Assembly: GCA_965217865.1 (NCBI GenBank)
Contig: CBDCJO010000002.1
Location: forward strand, 4,064,001 to 4,128,000
DNA: 64,000 nucleotides
Direction: 5' to 3'
Source: Candidatus Latescibacterota bacterium
GTDB taxonomy: Bacteria; Latescibacterota; UBA2968; SICM01
Shown: in pieces, positions 63,016 to 64,000 of the stretch
Numbering within the stretch: position 1 is the first letter of the stretch
How the letters are laid out: each line of letters begins with the position of its first letter
Notes under the pieces: model-generated
What the model was told of the DNA's origin: nothing
What the model saw: only the letters and a program-made list of their open reading frames with translations
Databases searched by the model: none
Program-made: the position numbers and the translations under genes

Positions 63016-63489
63016 TCAGCCGGACATCCCCAGTTCATAAATTTTTTCAAATTCTTTCTTGGTAACGGGTTGTACTGATAACCGCTGTCCTTTTTGGACG
63101 AGCTTCATATCCCGGAGTTCCAGGGTGTTTTTCATTTCCCCTAGGGTCACGAATCTTTTAAGCTTCTTCTTCCATTTGATTTCCACCATCATCCATCTCG
63201 GGTGGTCTGAAGATGACTTCGGGTCATAGTATTTGGATTTCGGATCCCACGCGGTGTGATCCGGGTAGGCCTCTTTCGTGATCTCAGCGATTCCGGGAAT
63301 TCCAGTCTTCTCGCAACTCGAGTGATAGAACAGCACAAGGTCCTTTTCCTTCATGTCGTCTCGCATATAGTTGCGGGCCTGGTAGTTTCTGACACCCTCC
63401 CAATATGTGGTAGCATTAGGTGAGGCCTTGAGATCGTCGAAAGAAAATACTCCGGGTTCAGATTTCATCAGCCAATATCTTCCGGCCAC
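63016..63489 (-). CDS. EVE domain protein
   Basis: YWLMKSEP, WEGVRNYQARN, FYHS, RLSVQPV. Confidence 0.95.
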   Translation of the reverse strand: MAGRYWLMKSEPGVFSFDDLKASPNATTYWEGVRNYQARNYMRDDMKEKDLVLFYHSSCEKTGIPGIAEITKEAYPDHTAWDPKSKYYDPKSSSDHPRWMMVEIKWKKKLKRFVTLGEMKNTLELRDMKLVQKGQRLSVQPVTKKEFEKIYELGMSG

Positions 63490-63504
63490 ATAGACCTCCT
63501 TAAT

Positions 63505-63985
63505 TAAGAAAATGAAAAATGAAAAAGTCAGGGGTCAGGGAAAGCAGCAGCAGTTCCAGGGAAAATCTCACGTCGGCGTTCCAAATATTATAACGTCTTG
63601 GGGGAAATGCAAGGTGTAAAATGGAAAAAGTCAGGGGTCGGAGGTCAGAGGTTAGAGGTTAGAGGTCGGGGAAATTCAAGATCCAACTGAGCCAGTAGCA
63701 GTAGCAATTGGCAGTGGCAGGAAGGCCAAAGTCAGGAGTCGGAGATCGAGGAAATTGAAGATTGAAGATTGAAAATTGAAGACTATTGAAAAGAAATCAA
63801 AATAAGGCGACAAGAAAGTCCTTGGTTGTTCCAAATATTCAATATTTAATGAATAGTGGCAGGGAAGGCCAAAGACCCTTTGCGCACAAGGTCTGGGGCA
63901 AGTCTGAACTTGGGTGGTATCGCGCTCAGGATGACATCTTTACCCAGGAATCCCATCTCATAGGAACGGAGGTCGGGGAAGGCGC
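63505..63985. repeat. Large mosaic: heptamer arrays, module B (63751-63852) and module C (63871-63966), inverted orientation
   Basis: Reverse complements match 11473-11578 and 26250-26346. Confidence 0.88.
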
Positions 63986-64000
63986 AATCCCTCTGGGGCG

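Overview
GC-rich bacterial chromosomal segment, probably Candidatus Latescibacterota or a close relative. That assignment is an inference from the tandem NHL/Ig proteins ending in paired DFDGxGxVDxxDFFLFAxAFG motifs. Housekeeping genes are proS, tRNA-Arg(ACG), tRNA-Glu(CTC), nadA, pncB and a nicotinamidase. The window also holds a 13-kb signalling cluster (TPR paralogs, two sigma54 activators, FHA protein, histidine kinase, Ser/Thr kinase-ATPase-TPR), two copies of an IS3-family element, ankyrin genes, three tandem NHL paralogs, a redox gene patch and a wza-wzc pair. Many genes carry frameshifts, deletions or chimeric junctions, and some of these may be sequencing or assembly errors. The most notable observations are as follows. 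(1) Most long spacers are shuffled mosaics of 6-7-nt tandem arrays and about six recurrent 60-130-bp modules. These run into gene 3' ends and in one case replace the middle of a GNAT gene in frame. (2) A ribbon-helix-helix gene is translationally coupled to nadA inside an NAD salvage/de novo divergon. (3) An OsmC gene has an in-frame TGA at the catalytic Cys followed by a SECIS-like hairpin. (4) Wzc appears to be fused to a TM-SPOR tail, hidden by a 1-nt frameshift. (5) A 22-bp-phased operator array precedes an HTH-HATPase-STAS gene. All calls were made by eye; no searches were run.
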